Below, in pieces: positions 25,489 through 37,984 of a DNA stretch of 64,000 nucleotides (its first letter is position 1; every line of letters starts with the position of its first letter). The notes below the pieces were generated by a model. That model searched no databases and had not been told where the DNA came from. It saw only the letters and a list, made by a program, of their open reading frames with translations. The DNA comes from Cenococcum geophilum. Its lineage: Eukaryota. The stretch is from NCBI GenBank assembly GCA_050273025.1, contig CP158635.1:21080001-21144000 (forward strand). Reading direction: 5' to 3'. The position numbers and the translations under genes were made by a program.

Positions 25489-28400
25489 TATTGGTTATCT
25501 AAGGTAATATTACGTAGCTACGGTTCGTAGATAGTATAATAATAATTATTTTTGTTTTAAATGAGGGAGGGCGAGGAGCTTAAGGCTCCTCGCCACGCTA
25601 CTGCCGCGGCGATACGTAACGGTAGCTTGCCGCACGTAACGGCAACTTACCATACGTAATGGCAATTTGCCTTATATAGTGACCACTTACCTTTATTCCC
25701 AACACTAGCAACTCTTCTTTTATAGTTGCCATCTATATATATATATACCGCTTAACTAGCGTAACAAATATTAATCCTTTTTACTTACTATTGCCATTAT
25801 AATATAAGTCTTACTGTCCCAAAATTTACCTCTTAGCACGTAGTGCTTTCTTGCTTAGGAGTTATAGGTAGATATTTTATTTAGAGGGCCGCTAAGGCGC
25901 TAGTAGTAAGCGAGCCAATAGCGATTTTCTATCCTAGGGATAGAAAATCCTAATTAGCTAGGTTAAGTCAGGGTCTATAAAATATTATACTCCCCCCTCT
26001 AAAAAAGTCTTAGTAAGAGAATTTAACTAATTAGATAACTTTAACCGCCGGTTAAAGTTCCTGGATATCTTAAAACCTTATATAACTAAGAAAATTTTAA
26101 GGACTCCCTTTTAACCTAACCTTTAACTTATATATATAGAGTATTTATATTAATAAACGTCTCTAGTACCTTATTTGGGTTTGCCTTTATTATTATATCT
26201 ACTAGGTTATCTTAGCTATTAATCTATTAAATCTTAAAGAGTTTTTAACGCTTATAGGATTATTAAAGTGCTATAATATTAATTATAAGGCGCTTCTTCT
26301 TTGTAGTATTAAGCTTAACTAAATACTTATAGAGGGAATATAAGTCGATGTATACGATTATAGGGATAATAGGAAGTTTAAGTTGATCTATAATTATCTT
26401 TAGGGTAGTTCCAATTATAATTGCTATATTAACTCCGCTAACTATTTTATATATCTCTAATACTAGAACGCTTTAAATAATATGCTTACTCTTAGTTAAG
26501 CTCTAATAGATAAGGTTACTATAGATTATAAAGTTATTCTCTCTAGTAGATTTGTTTGCAATAATAATCTTATATTCTAACTAGAAGCTAAAATCTTCAT
26601 TATTTATAAATAATCTATTAATAAATATAAAGAGCTTAGCGGTAGGAAGATTAATAGGCATATAGAGTAGTCCCTAATTAAGATAGTTTATTTACTAGGA
26701 AAGACGCTTATTTAGAGTAAGAACGTTATCCTTAGTTAGTTTCTAGTATTAGGCGGTAATAGAGAGATTAAATAAAGCCTTAGGTTGATAGATAGAAGTA
26801 ATATAAGCTCTATAAGCGCGTTACTCTACGTATCTTTACTTTAGGGAATTAACGTTAATAATGTCGATCTTCTTACCTTAACCCTTCTAGCGTAAAGTAA
26901 TAGAATCCTTATTTAGGGAGAGGATGCATTTATTAAAAAGTAATAGTGTTGTTAAATTAAGCTTTTCCTTTAGCTTTGCTATAAGATTTGCCTTTACTAG
27001 CTTATCCTCTTTAAGAGCTAAGAATTGGTTGTCTCCTAAGATAATTATATTATTAGTTTATATACCAATAATTCCGAATAAGGTTCCTATAGTTATAATA
27101 AGGAAGTAGGGATTAAATATAGAAGTAGTTATTAAAAGCTTCTCTTTATGGTGCTTACTATAGGTAACCCACTAGTAAGTTCCTGCCTCTATAATTCTAT
27201 ATAATAGCTTAAGTATAACCATAATCGTATCTTTAGGATACTGGTAGCGGATTTACTCTGGAAGGTATACTAATATTAAGCGCTAAAGGTACGTCTCTAA
27301 TTAGGTATAGGCTTAAGTAATATCTCGCAAATAAACCGCTATTCTATTCTTTATTAAGGAGGGAGCTAATATAATAATAACTTGCTAACTAGCTCGTTAA
27401 ATTATAGGAGATTATATAAGAATTATCTCTTTACTATTATTGTTATAACCTTAGATAATAAGCCTTAATTTCTTAAATAGGGTGTTAGTAGCTTTGCCCT
27501 TAATCTTATTAACTATCCTTAACTTAAAGATGCGAACTTTATTAAACTTAGTAGGGTTATACTTCTTAAATTTAAAGACTCCTCTTGCGATAAAACCGTC
27601 GATCTCCTGCTTATTAGATGCTTAGAAAGGAGCTCTTAGGGTTATAATACGACCTTCCTTTTAAAGCTATTTTGCGAGCTTAAAGTCAGCCTTCTCTTTA
27701 GCTGTTATAAAGGCCATTAATAACTCGACTTTATTCTTAATGGTAGTAATAAATTATTTTTTAAAATTAATAAGATATTAGCGATTTCGTAATCCTTTCG
27801 GGCAACCTTTACCGCGTTATGGTTGTAATATATCTACTATAATTATATTAGGATTATAGTCGCCTTTTAGAGTATATTAATTATAGTTCTCCTCTAGGGT
27901 ATCTTCTAGGGCATCCTATAAAGGCTTAGAATTGTTATTTTTATAGTAAGGCTTAATAATAGTTAAATGGAATTAAGTAGGTCTATAAGGCATCTAAATA
28001 GTATAAGTTTAGCTATTAATTATAATAAGTTAATATAGGCCTAACTATTCTCCCTTTTTACGCTATACGCGTACTTTAGACTAGAGTAGCAGATTAAGCG
28101 TAGTTAAGGTATTTAGGCTATTTTTTATTCCTAGTGCGTCGTTAACCTAGCGTATAGCGTAGAGATATTATACCTCCTTTATTACCTTGCGAATAGCCTT
28201 AGCTTATTATATAACGGAGGGAGATAGTAAAGAATTATTAGTTATTTAAGGGTAGGCGCTAAAGACTAGTAACGTAGGTATAAGTCTATTTAGGCTAGCG
28301 GAATTATTAATAGCTTTAATAGCTATTTATAAGGTAAGTTTTTCGCTAGTATCCTTTAGTTTTAAAGAGATAATCTTATATATATGGCGTAATGGCGTAT

Positions 28401-31400
28401 AATATTATTCCACTTTTTTAATACTATTATATGCCTTAACGGGGACTTCCTTAACCTTAATTGCTATTACCTTTATCTATTATTGGAACTCTATAGATAA
28501 GAAGTTCTTTCCTATATTATAGACGATTTGGTTAGGGGGTCCTAAGTAAATATTAATTTAATATAACTAAAGGGTATCCTATATATTTTTAGCTAATATA
28601 TCTTTTAAGAAACGCGCGGCTTAGAAGGAGGTTAAAAAGTTAATAACTTAAAGTACTAGCTTACTGCTAAAATATATAACGTTAATAATAATATAGAAGT
28701 TAAGTTATAGTTATTCTTAAGGGTAAACTTAAATCGGCTAGGGGACTTCTGGTTTATTTAGTAGTAATAGTAGTACTTTATAAGATACTTAATTGCCTTA
28801 ACCTTAACTTTATGGCCTACTTACTAAAGAACCCTAAGTAATTAGTAAACTAATAGGTAACTAAAATGACGGTATAGTTGGCGTAACTCTAACTTAGTTA
28901 AATAGCTTTAAGCAACGCTCTTTTCTAGTTATTAAAGGAGTAACTAAGGGTAACCTTACTTACGTATAATAGGCACTTAATTATCTCCCTACACGAGTAT
29001 ATTCTTAAGGTTATTAAGCTTAATACCCAATTTATTTATATCCCTAATATAGAATAGAAACGGAGTGTTTGTGGGAATAACATAGAAAGTAATATATCCT
29101 AAGGGGGTTTAGACCCTAATTATGCTAAGGGAGATTATAGTACCTTTACTAAAACGAATTGTATATTAGCCTACCGTTAATTAGTTAATCTAAACAGAGC
29201 TATTAAGCTGCTAAAGAGCTCTAACTTAAGGTTCTCCTACTATAGATACTCCTACGGCTCCTATATCTAGTATAATACTATAAAAGACGTTTGCCAAGTA
29301 TCTATCGTTAAAGGAAAACGTAGAACTCTTCTTTAGCTTATTAAAGATATCTAATTTCGTAATAGAATAGAGCGTAGATTAGTTATTAAAAATAGTAATG
29401 GTTTATATACCATCTACCTTACTATACTTAGTAAAGTATTGGTCCGGAGAGTAATTCTTAATTTCTATCTTTATAAGGAGCTATTTAATTTTATTAACCT
29501 TACCCTTAAGATCTTCTACACCTTTATATTAAACTAGGAAGCTTTAAAAGTAGGCCGTAGTAACCTTATAGCTTCCGACGTTTTTTATACTCTAACGAAA
29601 CTTATTATATACCTCCTTTCGCTTATTAAGGGAGTATCTAGTTAACTAGTAATTTAGCTTTTTATAAACGTAGTACTTTTTCTAGTAATTACTTTAAAGT
29701 AAACCTTTATAAGGACCTCCATAATTACCTTATAGTTAATATTAATTATACCCTCTTCTATATTCCCTACCACGGCCACTATATATTTAATCAGTCCAGT
29801 TATAATTATATTAGTTAGGAATATTTAGTTAGGTAGGGTTTTTGGTATAGAACTGTTAAGATTCTTATATTTGTATTATAGTACTTATAGCAAAGCATAG
29901 CTTAGCATATACTCCTTTAAACGTATCTATAGGTTTATATAGCGCTAAGTTATACTTAGGAACGTTATGGCATACTAAGATAACCTAGTCCCTTAGGCTG
30001 TTCTTGTTTTAGTAAGTTTTAGTAAAGCCACATTAAATTTTCTGGAGTTTATTAAAGAGTAGTTAAAGGCACTCTAAATAAGTCTTTATTAGGTTAAAAG
30101 TAATAACTCTCTAGAATATAGTTTCCCGCTATTCGGATATATAAAGTTAGTAATTCTTATTGGTTTTAAAGTGAGCTCTAGTAAGCTAAAGCATTATATT
30201 AAAGCTATAGTTTTTATCCGTAATATGGTCGTAATAGAATATTACTACCCGTCCTTTTAATATAATGGAGAAAGCGTAGTAGTACTAGTAGCATTAAATT
30301 CTAACCTTGTTGTAACAGTTATAGAAGACCTATAGTTTTACTCTAAGTATATTGTATAGTTCTCCTCTAAACTTCTTCTCTTTATCTAAATATACCTTTA
30401 TTAGATTTATAACTTCTTATAGTAGAGGCTTACCGGTTAGCTAGGATGGAGGGGGTAAAGGTAATAGAGGGGGTGGTGGAAGAGCACCTTTAGGTAGGAG
30501 AGTACCTCCTAGTGGGAGAGTACCTTTAGGTGGGGGATTAGCGTTCTAGGGGTTTTAATACGAATTAAAGTTGCCTTCTAAAGAATATAGGTTAGTTTTA
30601 GGTTTCCGTAGTTAACGTATAATCTTAGCTTCTATCTATACTAGTTCTTTTATACTAATAATAACGGCCTAAATATTACTGGTAATTAGGTTACCGCTCC
30701 TAGTAATATATACCCTATTCCTATAGAGGAAGTCTTAAAAATTCTAAACAATATTAACGTTGCTAAGTGCCTAGGTATTAGTAGTCTATCCTATAAAATC
30801 CTCCCTAAAATACTCCTACAGTTATAAATCGGCGTAGTATCTATTTTAGTAAAATATAATATAGTATAGAAGAAAGCCGTTAACTTATTTTGCGGTATAA
30901 GTTGTTATATTAAAGGCGAATTCGTCCCAATCTTTATTAATAAGTTTCGCGTACTTAGCTACCCCTAATAGTAAGGAGTCTTTCTAGTTATTTAGTATAG
31001 CCATGCTTTCGGAGGAAGGGAAATGTTGTTAGTATAGGGATTGTTATTTAGTACGCGTTTGTGATGTATATTTGCGATTATAGGGCTTAAAACTAGTTTT
31101 AGCCTTAAATCGCGAAGACTTGTAAAGCGTGTTATCCTGCGTAATAGACGTAAGAATCTGTAATCTTAGAAAGGCTTAGGACTAGTTCTAGCCTTTAAAT
31201 CCTTAGATTTATAGAAGAGTTCTATCTAAGGTTTAGGACCAGTTCTAACCTTAAAAGACAGCTTTCTCTAGTACGAGTAGCACTAGTATAGTAGCTTATC
31301 TTTTCTTAGTAGAATACTTAGCTGTTCTGTGGTATAACAGTAAAGTTAACTACTAATTAGTGTTGGTTACACAAGGTAATATCACGTAGCTACGGTTTGT

Positions 31401-31576
31401 AGATAGTATAATAATTGTTGTTTTTATTTTAAATAAGGGAGGGCGAGGAGCTTAAGGCTCCTCGCCACGCTACTGCCGCGGCGATACGTGACGGCAGCTT
31501 GCCGTACGTAACGGCAACTTGCTATATGTGATAGCAATTTGCCTTATGTGGTGACCACTTGCCTTTATTCCTAACA
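25489..31576 (-). mobile_element. Copia/Ty1 LTR retrotransposon 'element E' (6088 bp), RIP-degraded
   Basis: 216-bp LTRs at 25489-25704 and 31361-31576; TSD GTTAT at 25484-25488 and 31577-31581. On the minus strand integrase precedes RT and RNase H, which is Copia order. Confidence 0.95.
26110..31005 (-). pseudogene. RIP-inactivated Copia gag-pol polyprotein
   Basis: De-RIP motifs: DTGAAGVSTAG ~29270, LHRHFGH ~28880, GKVERYHAPLRR ~28415, RARGAYIASICQP ~26820, RSVLASE ~26470, DNPADAMTK ~26210. Confidence 0.88.
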
Positions 31577-33329
31577 GTTATAGTTCTTAAAAAATAAAAA
31601 GCATTTTTATAAGGCGCAGAAAAACTATTTATAGTTAAAATAGATTATAAGAACTTAACGGGGTTCCTAATAATAAAAGAACTTAATTAAAGATAGGTTA
31701 GATAGGCAGAGATACTTATAGAATATTATTTTAAGATTTAGTACACAAAAGGAACTAAGAATGTAAGAGTAGACATTCTTAGTAAAAATGCTAAACTATA
31801 AAATAATAAGAAACTATTAGGAGCGATAGTACGCAGAGATAAAGACGGATTAATTAGATATAATTACCCTAAGTTAGTAGTAACTTAAGAGGATAATAAA
31901 TTAAAAAGAGTTTATAAGATACTAGAAAGCTTTTAAGTATAAAGAATTCTAGAAGTATAGCTAAAAGATCTATAGATAGATATATATAAAAATTAAGAAG
32001 TAAAGTATATCCTAAGAAGTATAGCAGAGTATTTTATAGAAGATTTCTATAGGGGAATAACTTAAGGACATAATAGAGCAATAGGCTTAGTATTAAGACT
32101 TTAGGAAGAATATATTATTAATAGAATTTAGGGCATAGCTAGAAAAGTAATAAAAGAGTATTTAGATTGCTAAAGGAATAAACTAATAAGGTATAAGCTA
32201 TATAGAGAGCTATAACCTATTAAAATACTAGAGAAACTATGGGAGGTTATATTATAGGACTTTATCGTTAAGTTACTAAAGTTAAGAGATCCTATTATTG
32301 GATAAAAATATAACGTAATCTTAGTAATAGTAAATAAGTTAACTAAATAGGGCTACTTTATAGCATATATAGAAGAAATCTTAGCAGAAAATATTACTAA
32401 AATCTATATAAAAGAAGTGTTTATAAGGCACGGAGTACTAAATAAAATTATATTAGATAGAGATCTAAGATTTATAGTAGTATTTTAGGAGGTATTCTTA
32501 GCAGAATAAGGAGTTAGAGTAGTAACTTTCACCGTATATTATCCGCAGACAGATAGTTAAATAAAAAGATTAAATTAGACGCTAGAATAGTATTTAAGAT
32601 ATTATATTAATTATGTATAAAATAATTAGGTATTATTATTACTAGTTATATAGTTTGCATATAATATAATACCTTAAGAAGAAATAGGCATATTACTATT
32701 TAAGGCAAATTACGGATATAAGCTAAGAATATTATTATTACTATAATAAGTAAAGAAAATAAGTAGCATAGCTAAAGAAAAAATAAAGAAATTAATAAAT
32801 CTTTATATAGATCTTATAGAATTAGCGAAAAAGGTATAAAAAAGAATAAAAAAGGTACTACGACGCTAAGAGATCTAAGGGACTAGATCTTAAGGAGGGA
32901 GATAAAGTATAGCTACTATATAAAAATTTTAAGAGTTAATAACTAAGTAAGAAATTAAACTATATTAGACTAGGGCCTTTTAAAATTATATAAAGAATTT
33001 TACTAGTTATATTTAAGTTAAACCTACTAGCTAAAATAAAGATCTACCCTATATAGTATATTATAATGCTAGAACTAGTATATAGGAATATTAAGCCACT
33101 AATTTACAAAGCAGACACGTATAGAGGGTAAGAAGAAAATAAATAGTAAGTTTTAAAAATCGTTAGTTATAAGAATATTAAAAATAAAATATAGTACGAG
33201 GTTAAGTAAATAGGCTATAATAAGACTACCTAGGAGCTATTAGAGAACTTAAGGAATGCTATAAGAAAGGTATAGGAGTATTAAAAGAGATTAGGTTAGG
33301 CAGCATTAATAAAAAAGAATTGCTAAAAA

Positions 33330-33910
33330 ATAAATTACCTAAGGGGAACTTAGGAGGAGTAGTTACTAAACTACTTAAATCTGTTTTCTTCTTAGTTAGA
33401 AAAGAATCTGTTTTTTTATTGCTAAGTTCCTATAAACCTTATTTTATAAGTTTCTACTCCTTAAAATAAACCTTTTTACAAATATTTTTAAGATGGAGTA
33501 ATTAAATAGATACCGTAATGCGGGCCTTTAGGGCCTTCTACTTTATATTATAGGAACGTTCCAATTTAGTAAAGGCTTAAGATAGTTTACTATCTAGCCG
33601 TATAGCAGTAGATTAAATATAAAACCCTAAGACAAATTAACTAGAGAACTAGAGAACTACTAAGAGTAATAAAACGCGTATATTTAGTATTAAAAATGGA
33701 GTAAACGTTATAGGACGAATAAATATTTGCTTTAGTGCACTCTAAATAAAAGGACGGTTATTGTAAGGATAGGCTCGCTAATATAATATAAACTAACCCC
33801 TTTTTTAAATAACAAGAATATAGAGATAGTATAATCTCACTAAGAGATAATATTATAGCAACAGTGCGAGCATAACGTTACGCTTACAAAGAGGAAGGAG
33901 CCTTAGGTAT
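33330..33910 (-). pseudogene. Antisense accessory ORF of element A (Cys-cluster plus coiled coil, probably two exons)
   Basis: De-RIP MPKA...LGEIMPSPCSRCLxKGLVCV...PSSCSECTKANIxSSCDV; conserved in H and G. Confidence 0.55.
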
Positions 33911-34013
33911 AATAAGTAATAATATTAACCAAATTAATTAGATGGACATTATACCTCTAGTAAATAAAGATATTAAGAGTCTTTAAGGATAAAGATAAAG
34001 AGGAGGGAGATAG

Positions 34014-34432
34014 TGTTACGGACGCTTTAAGTACAATATTATAACTACTAAAAAGAGAGTTAGAAGAAGCTAGTTAGTTAATATAAGCACGGTCTAGGAT
34101 AGAGCCAATAGAGCTATATAATGAGGAATAGTAGCTAAGGTTATATAACGTTATATATAATATACGTAGTATATAAGGGGAACGTACGTATAATATATAT
34201 AACATGTATATTATATATAAAGAGGATTTCTTAGGAGTACGGTTATGTATTTAAAGGACCACAGTCCCTACCTAGATAGTTCTTCTCTTTATAGTAAATC
34301 TTAGAATATAATTAGAGTTAATTTATTAGGTAACCACTCCACCAGTTATATTTATGTTGTTGGCTATTCTATACCTGTATACCCAGCCCATTGACAAGTC
34401 TACCGTAGTATTTCCTATAAGGCTTTATTATA
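34014..34432 (+). repeat. 3' LTR of element A
   Basis: TGTTACGGACG start after the PPT; followed by TSD AAAGT. Confidence 0.92.
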
Positions 34433-35790
34433 AAAGTAACGGACTATTTAGGGAAAAGATTATTTATATAAAGGGTTACAAATAGGCCTAAGGTAGGTAT
34501 ATTAAGAGCTAAATAGCTAACCAAACTAGAAGAAGAAGAGGATCTTAAAATCTTAACCAGATTTAAAAAATGGCATATAAAAGGCTATTATAACGCAGTA
34601 ATAAGAAGATACTTTCTTATGGATAGACTATATACACTTAGGGAGCTATACTAAAAGTGGTATAGGTAATAATATAATAATAAGTTATTTAAAACTAACT
34701 AATTACGGAAAAAGGTATAAATTATATTAAGGGAGCCTTAATTATAATGATAAAGGATATGGAAAAGTAATTAGAGGATTAGAGGAGTAAGTAATATTTA
34801 GATTAGTATAACAGAGGTTTAAACTTAAAGATAAAAATAAGCTAAGAGTAGACCTAAAGCACTTAGCATATTATATATTAGCATAAATTATATATATAGA
34901 CGATATATATAATATATATAAAAACCTAAAGGAAAAGGGTTAGAAGTACCCTATAAGAATATATTAGGCGCTAAATAAGCAAAAATATAGAAATGCTAAG
35001 TATATATATAGATAGCATTTAACAGAAGTATAGAAGTTAGGAGACTTAATACTTTAGCTAAAAAGATTCCTTATAGAAGAATACCTAGACGGATAATAGT
35101 AGTGGGAATACTTAGAAAATACGTGTCTATAGTATATTAAAGATAAAAAGCAAATAAGGTATTAGCTAAAGAGTAAGCTAAGTATAATAGGATTAAGTAA
35201 CTAATAGTTAGGAAAAGTAGAGGCCTATAGAACTAAAGGGAGCTAGTAGTAGAGCCTTAGACCCTTAAAGGAATTTAAGGACAACACCTAAATTTATAAG
35301 TTAAATAGTAAGATTAGCAGTTTGAAGCGTTAATAGATAGTAGAGGAACTAGGAACTATATCTTACTAATAGCAGTAAAATTAATAGGACTACCTATATT
35401 TACTAGTTATAATATTAGGAGATCTAATAGCCTATAGAGGAGGTATTATTAATCTTAAAACAGGACCTATTTAGATAACTATTAAAGGGGGACAAATTAA
35501 GATATCTTTTAATATCCTACTATTAGGACGGGATAAGGCAGTATTAGGAATGCCTTAGTTATAGGTTAGGTTAATATTATAAATACTTAACGATATAAGA
35601 TATAATAATAAACTAAGTTAGTATAGTACTAAGTTGGAGCAATATATAAAGAAACTAAGCAAGGCTTAAGTTATATACTAAAGAAATACTATAAGTGTAG
35701 TAAAAAGCTATTAGAGTATATAGTATAGGACTATAAAATAGAATTAGAACTAGGAATATATTTAAGGTTTTTTCTAATCTATAAGCTAAC

Positions 35791-37984
35791 TGTCGGAATA
35801 TATAGATAGAAGTTACGTAGTTACGTGTTGTCGGTCGTGTCTTTAATTAGTCATCCTTATAGTGACTAATCAACCCCCTACTTAGGCACCGCGATCCTTA
35901 CAATCCTCTGCTTTCTATACCTATTAGATAATAAACAAATCCAGAGATTAATAGGCCATATAAGTGCACTTAGGTAATACCGATATTAATTAATAGTTAA
36001 CCTCACTAGTTGGCTATAGAGTAATAAGGTTCACTACCGCCCTAGCAGCTTCGTTTAATTATAAGTAGCACTCTAGTACTTAGCAGCAAAACCAGTACCT
36101 AGCAGCTCCGGCAGTATCTAGCCCTAGCTAGCTTAGAATATAAATACGCAACGTATAAGACATTCTATAGCACGTAAATTAACCCCCAGTACGACCTCTT
36201 TACTAAGTGCCGTACCCCTAGTATAACAGCACCGAATATCTAATAGCCCTTAGGCAGTACCCTAGCAGCTATCTTAGCAGCTACCCCAGTAGTACTACGG
36301 CAGCGCTCTAGCCGTATATAGTATACTAGCTTTTACAGCACCTAACACCTAACTACCTAACTGCTTTACGTAGTACCCTAGCGTAGCTATGCAACTTAGC
36401 AGCAAACTACCCCTAGTACGCGTCTTAGCATACAAATTAACATCTAATAGCCTTATACAGTACTCTAGCATCACAGCAACCTAGTAGCGTTAGTAGCACC
36501 CAATACCCAATAACCTAGCAGCGTTAGCAGTAAACCATCCTATACTTACCTATAATCCTAATACTATCTACTATCTTCCTTGCAGATCTACTACGTCGAA
36601 AATCACGTTAATAGCGCGCCTATAATGCTAGCGCGCTCCCTATTCTCTGCCCTTTTAAATCTACTAGCGTCTACAGCAGCTATAAACCTTTAATAATGGC
36701 ACTACCTTAACTTCCTAAAGGATACAAAAGCGGGAGCTGTACGGCCACTAGGCGGCCTTGCTATATTAATATCTATAATAATAAAGCCTAATAGGAATTT
36801 CTAACTATAACTACTTACTGAAAATAGATTTAGGATGTATAAGATATAGTTTAATAACAAGAGCAGACTTTTAAAGTGAAATTACGCTAATAGCAAGATA
36901 TTTTAGACCTACGTTAACGACAGTACGAAAAAGTCTAGAAGGCGTATTAAGAGCAAAAGGAAGAGATTAAGGAGTTACAAAGCGTAGTTTAGCAATTACG
37001 GCAATAATAAGCTACACCCGCGCAAGCTCCACCCGCGCAAGCTCCACCCGCGCAAGCTCCGCTAGCTTTACCCTCTTCGTTAGCTAAGGAGCCACGGCAG
37101 CCAAGCTTATATAAACCCCCGCAACCTTAAACCTACGAAAAGTGCTCTGCTACATTCCCTTCGGGTTAAGCGCTCTTTAAACATTTACCAGATTATTAAC
37201 CATTTTAATGTACTAAGTGCGGATCTATATTCCCCTTAAATACTACTCTCCATAAGCATATACGGGGATGTCATCGTCTAAAAGATGTAAACGGGAATTC
37301 GGGTATTAAGCTTCGTTAGGATAGAAGTCTACCAACTAAACGATTGTGCTGTTACGCCTGCAATCCATCTGACGCTAGCACCGTACTGCTATATACCATC
37401 GACAAACCGATAGCACCGCTATGCCTGCTATTACGACAAATGATCGTGCCTATACGCCTACAATTAACCGACCGACCGATAGACGAGCTTTACATTCAAC
37501 TACTATTACTACCCGACGCTTGCACCGTACTGCTACCTGAATCTGACAACTGTCACGCCTGTGCGCCTGCGATTTACCGACCGAACGATCGCGCTGATAC
37601 GCCTGCGATCCCGATTATGGTCGTGCCGATAAGCCTACGACCCAAACACGACCAGGTAGAGCTTTGCTCCCTAAAATACAACCCCGTCGCTGGCACCGTA
37701 CTGCTAGCGTTGGAATATATGGATGGAGGCTATATAGTTAACAGAGTCTATATATCGGTGGTTCTACGCATAAAGAAAAGAACTGCCAGTGTCGGAATAT
37801 ATAGACAGAAGTTACGTGGTTACGTGTCGTTGGTCGTGTCTTTGATTAGTCATCCCTATAGTGACTAATTAGCCCCCTACTTAGGCACCGCGATCCTTAC
37901 GATCCTCTGCTTTCTATACCTATTAGACAATAAACAAATCTAGAGATTAATAGGCTATACAAGTGCACTTAGGTGATACCGACA
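35791..37984 (+). mobile_element. Non-autonomous 2.2-kb LTR element 'F' (TRIM/LARD-like) with zinc-finger coding remnant
   Basis: 195-bp LTRs at 35791-35985 and 37790-37984 (TGTCGG...CCGACA); TSD CTAAC at 35786-35790 and 37985-37989; PPT aaagaaaagaa ~37772-37782; no RT or integrase motifs seen. Confidence 0.93.
37015..37060 (+). repeat. Tandem repeat (CACCCGCGCAAGCTC) x3
   Basis: Three 15-bp units read directly. Confidence 0.9.

Larger units (their letters stand above)
14399..34432 (+). mobile_element. Complete Gypsy/chromovirus 'element A' (7.8-kb family), expanded by nested C, D, solo LTR and E
   Basis: LTRs 14399-14814 and 34014-34432; TSD AAAGT at 14394-14398 and 34433-34437; PPT aaagaggagggaga before 34014. 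Own sequence is 14399-16720, 22894-25488 and 31582-34432, with RT YLDDII-like motif ~24898. Confidence 0.92.

Noticed and set aside
26924..27109. 61-aa plus-strand ORF
   Set aside because: It is antisense to the Copia RT.
35791..35985. Hammerhead ribozyme (retrozyme) in the F LTR or in the shared dyad modules
   Set aside because: A hairpin exists (ATTAGTCA...TGACTAAT), but no CUGANGA/GAAA core with three stems could be assembled by eye, even allowing for RIP.
37344..37868. 174-aa ORF as an intact protein-coding gene
   Set aside because: It has a TTG start, runs into the LTR and is repetitive. It is probably open only because the tract escaped RIP, so it is kept only as a possible extension of the zinc-finger frame.
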